A stretch of DNA of 64,000 nt from Amoebidium appalachense (taxonomy: Eukaryota > Protista > Ichthyosporea), in contig CAVNZM010000001.1 in NCBI GenBank assembly GCA_963693365.1, positions 7,270,907 through 7,334,906 of the forward strand, read 5' to 3'. This document shows, one piece after another, positions 44,188 through 64,000 of the stretch (within the stretch, counting starts at the first letter, position 1; each line of letters starts with the position of its first letter). The position numbers and the translations under genes were made by a program. Under the pieces are notes generated by a model, which was not told the DNA's origin, made no database searches, and saw only the letters and a list, made by a program, of their open reading frames with translations.

Positions 44188-45163
44188 TTTTTTCTTTTCT
44201 TTTCTTTTCTTTTGACTCGGGTTTATTGATCCGTTGATGAAGGCAACTTGCAGCCACAGGCTACATAATCACCAATAGAACTGAAAAAGCCAAAGCTACG
44301 AAATAAAAATAAAGCGACAAGTGACAAAGGACACCAGCGGGCAAAACCGTAAGTGTACGTGTATGCGTGAAACTAGTTTGCTCCAACTCAAATGCATCGA
44401 TGTTGACCAGACCACACTCTGCAAGAAGACATCATTACTGCTCCTTCCCAACAGGCCCCCCTCAAAACCTATCGAGGCACAGCAAGCAAGTCAGCCTCTA
44501 AAAGAGCAATGCAGACCAAATCTGAGCTAAAAAACAATCCCAACAGGCCCGGCCCCGAGATAACCCGGAAATACTGAATCTAGCTCTCTGATAAGGTGGC
44601 CTAGTTGTGGCAGGACACACAGAAAAACACAATTACAGAATGCATGCAAGTGTCAAACCCGGTCATTGCCATACGACTGGAGGCTAAGGACTGCCAGTCA
44701 CTTGGAAAGCTCCCCGACGACCAAGTAGCCGCCCCTCCACTCACGCAGGGCAGAAGTAGCTGAAGAAGTTGCAGCAGCCCACCGCCAATAGACCGGTCGC
44801 GTGGAAGCGTAGACAGCGTGTAGAAGTTACCATAGGTTGCAGTGGACCACCAGGCGTTGAAGAAACCACTTCTCAAGCGAGAAACTCCGGGAAAGGGAGA
44901 TGCCCCCACACTCTCACAGCAGTAGGAATACACCAGGCCACACCACACACACGCTGCAGTCACATTCCCCTGAGTGGGACTAAAGCCTTTATATACCTGC
45001 CATGGTGAAGAATCGGGAAAAAAATTTGACGTGACAGCAAAGAGATCGAAGTGAAAGTGAAGTCCACAAAAAGAAGAAACGAAAGCCTTTATATACCTGC
45101 CATGGTGAAGAATCGGGAAAAAAAGTTGACGTGACAGCTAAGAGATCGAAGTGAAAGTGAAGT
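44188..45163 (-). mobile_element. Non-autonomous poly(A) retroposon, copy 2, with duplicated 5' monomer
   Basis: Near-identical to 14935-15822, with an (AAAAG)n tail. 5' monomers lie at 45064-45163 (100 bp) and 44982-45063 (82 bp). It sits ~250 bp upstream of the CNNM ATG in the same orientation. Confidence 0.85.
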
Positions 45164-47289
45164 TTGGTAATGTCGATAATATATACAAAGTATCGGATGT
45201 ATCCGCTGAGCTCAGGCAGTCAAGCTTACAGAAAGTAACGCCACAGCCATAATAATACCACATAATCTTCTTCTAGAATCAATATAAATATATTCAAAGA
45301 GTACCTGATATGATGAGACCTAATTCTTTAGTCTCTTGCTGGATAAACGTAATAGTGGCGTTTTGATTATTTTGAATGGGCATGAGCAATTTGGCAAAGC
45401 ATCAGGCTCACGCCCCCTGTAATATAAGGAGTTTTGAGGGATCAGCTGATCCGCTCTACTATATGATTTGTAGCCAATAAGACTGACGAGAAGAAAGCGA
45501 AAAGAACTTAGACAAAACAATAGCATTGTTTTAGCACTTTAGAACTGATTCTATATTCAAGTATAAATTATAGTTATATTTAGAGATTATGATTAGCTGA
45601 CAGCGAACCATTTTATTTGGCTCTTGTCCAATCCGAAATATCCATGTGTGAACGTGCCACAATGCACCCTTTCGAGTGTGACGGGCACGCCGGGTTAGCC
45701 CCTCCAGAGTCCGTGGTTTCGCATTATTCAGCTCACATGATCATGAGCACGATGAGCACGTGTTTGGCTATTCACATGAGCACGACGAGCACGTGTTCAG
45801 CACCCACTAAATATTTTTGAATAGCAAGATTTGCACATGTTCAGTCGCCTCAGCTGTTCAACCCCCACTGTTTTTGGATTCAATTTCCTCGAACAAACTC
45901 AAGCTGCCTCTAATAAGCAGCAAAAAAATATGAGCTCTAGCAAGCAAAGGGCGGGGTCCGGTTATGTGTACAGACATCTGTGTAGGTGGCTGATGCTCTT
46001 CTGAGTCGCGGTAGACATTTCCATTACGCCAAGTGGCAGGGCGAAGGCATTTAGGCATCTGACCTGGAATAGCGAGGCAGGCATGCACATGCCAAAGGTT
46101 TTTCAGGATGGGTGGGGCCCCCCGAGAAAGGGGGAGAGAAAGGGTTGGTGGATGGTTTTTTTTTTTTTTTTTTTTTTTGGTTGGGGGGGGGGGGGGGGGG
46201 GGGTAAGAATGTCTAAGCCGCATGTACACCAAGACTTTTGACCATATTCCGTATGGACACAAGGGTCTTGTGCAAGTGCGCCGGCAGTCACTTGTTATAT
46301 TAGCGTTTATAAGCACACTGAATTTTAGATACACAAAGCGGGCGCGTGCGCATGTGTGTGCCACGGCGTGTGTGCGGGCCTGAGGGCGCGCGCGCGCGTG
46401 TGTGTGTGTGTGTGGGTGCATGTGTGCTGGGAAATGATAAGAATATACAGGACATGCACCGCCGTGTTCGACACGTGAGGCGGTTTGCCTTGTTAACAGC
46501 GTGTATGCACTTGCTCAACTATTATAGTCACAGCAGTGGTAAGTGCACCTAGCCGTGAGGCTATAGCATGCCCTCGCCACTTGTGTATCTGCTTAGCTCC
46601 GACTGTGAAAACCATTCTGCGCTTGCGTGTATAGGGGTGTGTTTACATAGGCTTGTTTGCATATTGTTTCCATCGCTTGTCTGCAAACGGTACCTGTACC
46701 TCATATCATGTACGGGTTTAGTTGAGGTCGTGAGAATTTCCCCTTATTACAACAACAACATCCGATAAAATTTATAGCTTTGTGTGCTGCCAAAAAAATT
46801 CTCTAATCTTGCCTAGCGTCATGAACGTAGCTCTTTTTAGCAACCTTGAGCTCGAGGTGGGCCGGGGTGTGGGGTTGATGCGGTCGATGAGTTGAACTGT
46901 TTAACGCGTGTGGTTTCAATAAAACGCCCAACGAGGCAAGATGACAAATCTACTAGATTTGTATTTTTCCCTTTTCTCCAATTGTAATAATATGTTAAAC
47001 ATTTAGGCATTGTAGAATTTTTGGGGTCTTCAGTCAGAGTTTGTAATCATGCACACTAATGTTCACAGTGGCTCACCGCACATTGTTGGCCCCTGCAACA
47101 TCCACTTGAAGGCTTTGATGTTTTGCAACTGTAACGTTTTGCATCGGTTTAAACGAACGATCTTATTGTAGGTGCCTTACTTTTGTTTATACGTTTATTT
47201 TAGGTTATCGTTTTTTGACCCCGAAAACTTATTCATAGTCGAAATGCGGAGCATGGGCCATCCAAAAAAGCTACTTGAGTGTTAACAAC

Positions 47290-57760
<10,471 letters not shown>

Positions 57761-57999
57761 GGTTTTGGGTGTTTTTTTTGGTTTTTCGATTTGGGATGAA
57801 CGTGTTTTCTGGGTATGAATGACATAATGGTTGATGTTGTTTAATGTTTCTTTTTGGTTTGTATTGTCCCTTCTCGTCATTCTTTCTCCCTTCGATACGA
57901 GTCGTGCGTTCGCGCGCACAACCACGTGCACGCTTGCACACACATGCACAATCATGTGCACACCACACACACACACACGCTTGTGCGCACGCAGTGACC

Positions 58000-58058
<59 letters not shown>

Positions 58059-58509
58059 TTTTCAGGCAGTAAATGCCTTACTCCATTAACCACCGTACAA
58101 GATTGTGGTTTCACCTCCTAGCCTTTTCTATTGTATGTTGATAGATTTTATATAAACGTTGAAGTTGATTTAGAAAATGATCGTTATATAGAATAGTACT
58201 GACACAAGCATGAAGGACAAGGGACACGGCGGGGAAAGGTAGTATTACAAGAACGTAGGGCTCTGCAGGTGTATGCTTTTGTGCGCATGTATGCAATGTT
58301 TTTGTATCTCAGCGTTTGCAATTTTATGTGTAATGCCTGGATATAGTGCACATAAAATCTTGAAGTTGTACATGGTAGCATACGAGCATGATGAATGTAC
58401 ACTGTACGTTAGTAAAGAACACAAGTTGAACTTGAAATAAATGTGGTTGCTGATATAGCAAGCAAAATCGTAGAATGTAGGTGAACAGTCTTTGTTGGTC
58501 TCTATTCGG

Positions 58510-58512
<3 letters not shown>

Positions 58513-58560
<48 letters not shown>
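58513..58560. repeat. (AT)n microsatellite
   Basis: Pure AT dinucleotide run, intergenic; the only long one seen in the window. Confidence 0.9.
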
Positions 58561-58564
<4 letters not shown>

Positions 58565-58683
58565 CATAGACGGGAGCATTTCAACAATTCGAAGTTGAAC
58601 ACACAGGCGTCCGGCCTGGACCAAATTGATTGGAAGGCACATCAATTCTGCGCCTCCCCGGGCACGGCCCTCCCCTCCCCCCA

Positions 58684-58749
<66 letters not shown>

Positions 58750-58790
58750 GCGCGCGCAGTCACGCACGTGTGTGTGTGCGCGCGCGCACG

Positions 58791-58844
<54 letters not shown>

Positions 58845-59170
58845 CTTTCGCCCTGCTGGCCGGGCCTGGACGGTGGATCAACTGAGTGGTTCGGTTCGTG
58901 TCTTTGGCAGCTACGCAGGCTCCGAGTTTTTCGGGCTCGTCTTCCCAAATATGGTAATACCGCGAACAAGAGCCTCGGACGAACCTCTACTTCACAACAA
59001 ATCGACGATCGAGAGTTGTGTTCGTAGCTGTTCATAGCTTAGCCTACCCACAGCTCTCCCCTCCTCGCATTTTCCCTTTGAAATTGTGCTTGGTAACAGC
59101 GAATAACCTCTCTTTCTCTTCACCCCACTCCACCTACCATCCTTTTGCTTGCCCCCGGCCTCCATTCTCC

Positions 59171-64000
<4,830 letters not shown>

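Noticed and set aside
45858-46768. Possible small gene between CNNM and the glycosyltransferase
   Set aside because: No phase-consistent exon chain or recognisable motif.

Overview
Eukaryotic nuclear DNA with spliceosomal introns packed with poly-C/poly-G, (CA)n/(GT)n and (CT)n/(GA)n tracts, so most long ORFs in the supplied track are low-complexity artefacts. Splicing exons by hand (GT-AG, phases checked) gives nine genes: the 5' part of a DDX24/Mak5-type DEAD-box helicase (-); a head-to-head acidic/C2H2-finger/Lys-rich protein (+); two tandem paralogs of an unknown secreted Cys-containing protein, the second split by a retroposon; an unknown type II membrane glycoprotein (-); a CCDC149-like coiled-coil protein (+); a CNNM/DUF21-CBS protein (-); a 957-aa protein fusing an exostosin GT47 domain to a chondroitin-synthase GT7 (CHGN) domain (+); and the 5' part of PPME1 (+). 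Mobile and repeated DNA includes a ~0.9-kb poly(A) retroposon with a 100-bp TATA-bearing 5' monomer (2 copies), an intronic ~250-bp structured-RNA-like repeat with covarying helices that always abuts a C-run (3 copies plus 1 fragment), a hAT MITE, a TA-flanked MITE, a hairpin transposon scar and an unclassified repeat. The best candidates for novelty are the GT47-GT7 hybrid, the structured intronic repeat, and sense-strand poly-C tracts placed directly after 5' splice sites. The taxon cannot be determined from the sequence; CHGN and CCDC149-like genes are compatible with a unicellular holozoan (inference). All protein calls come from motif recognition, not database searches.
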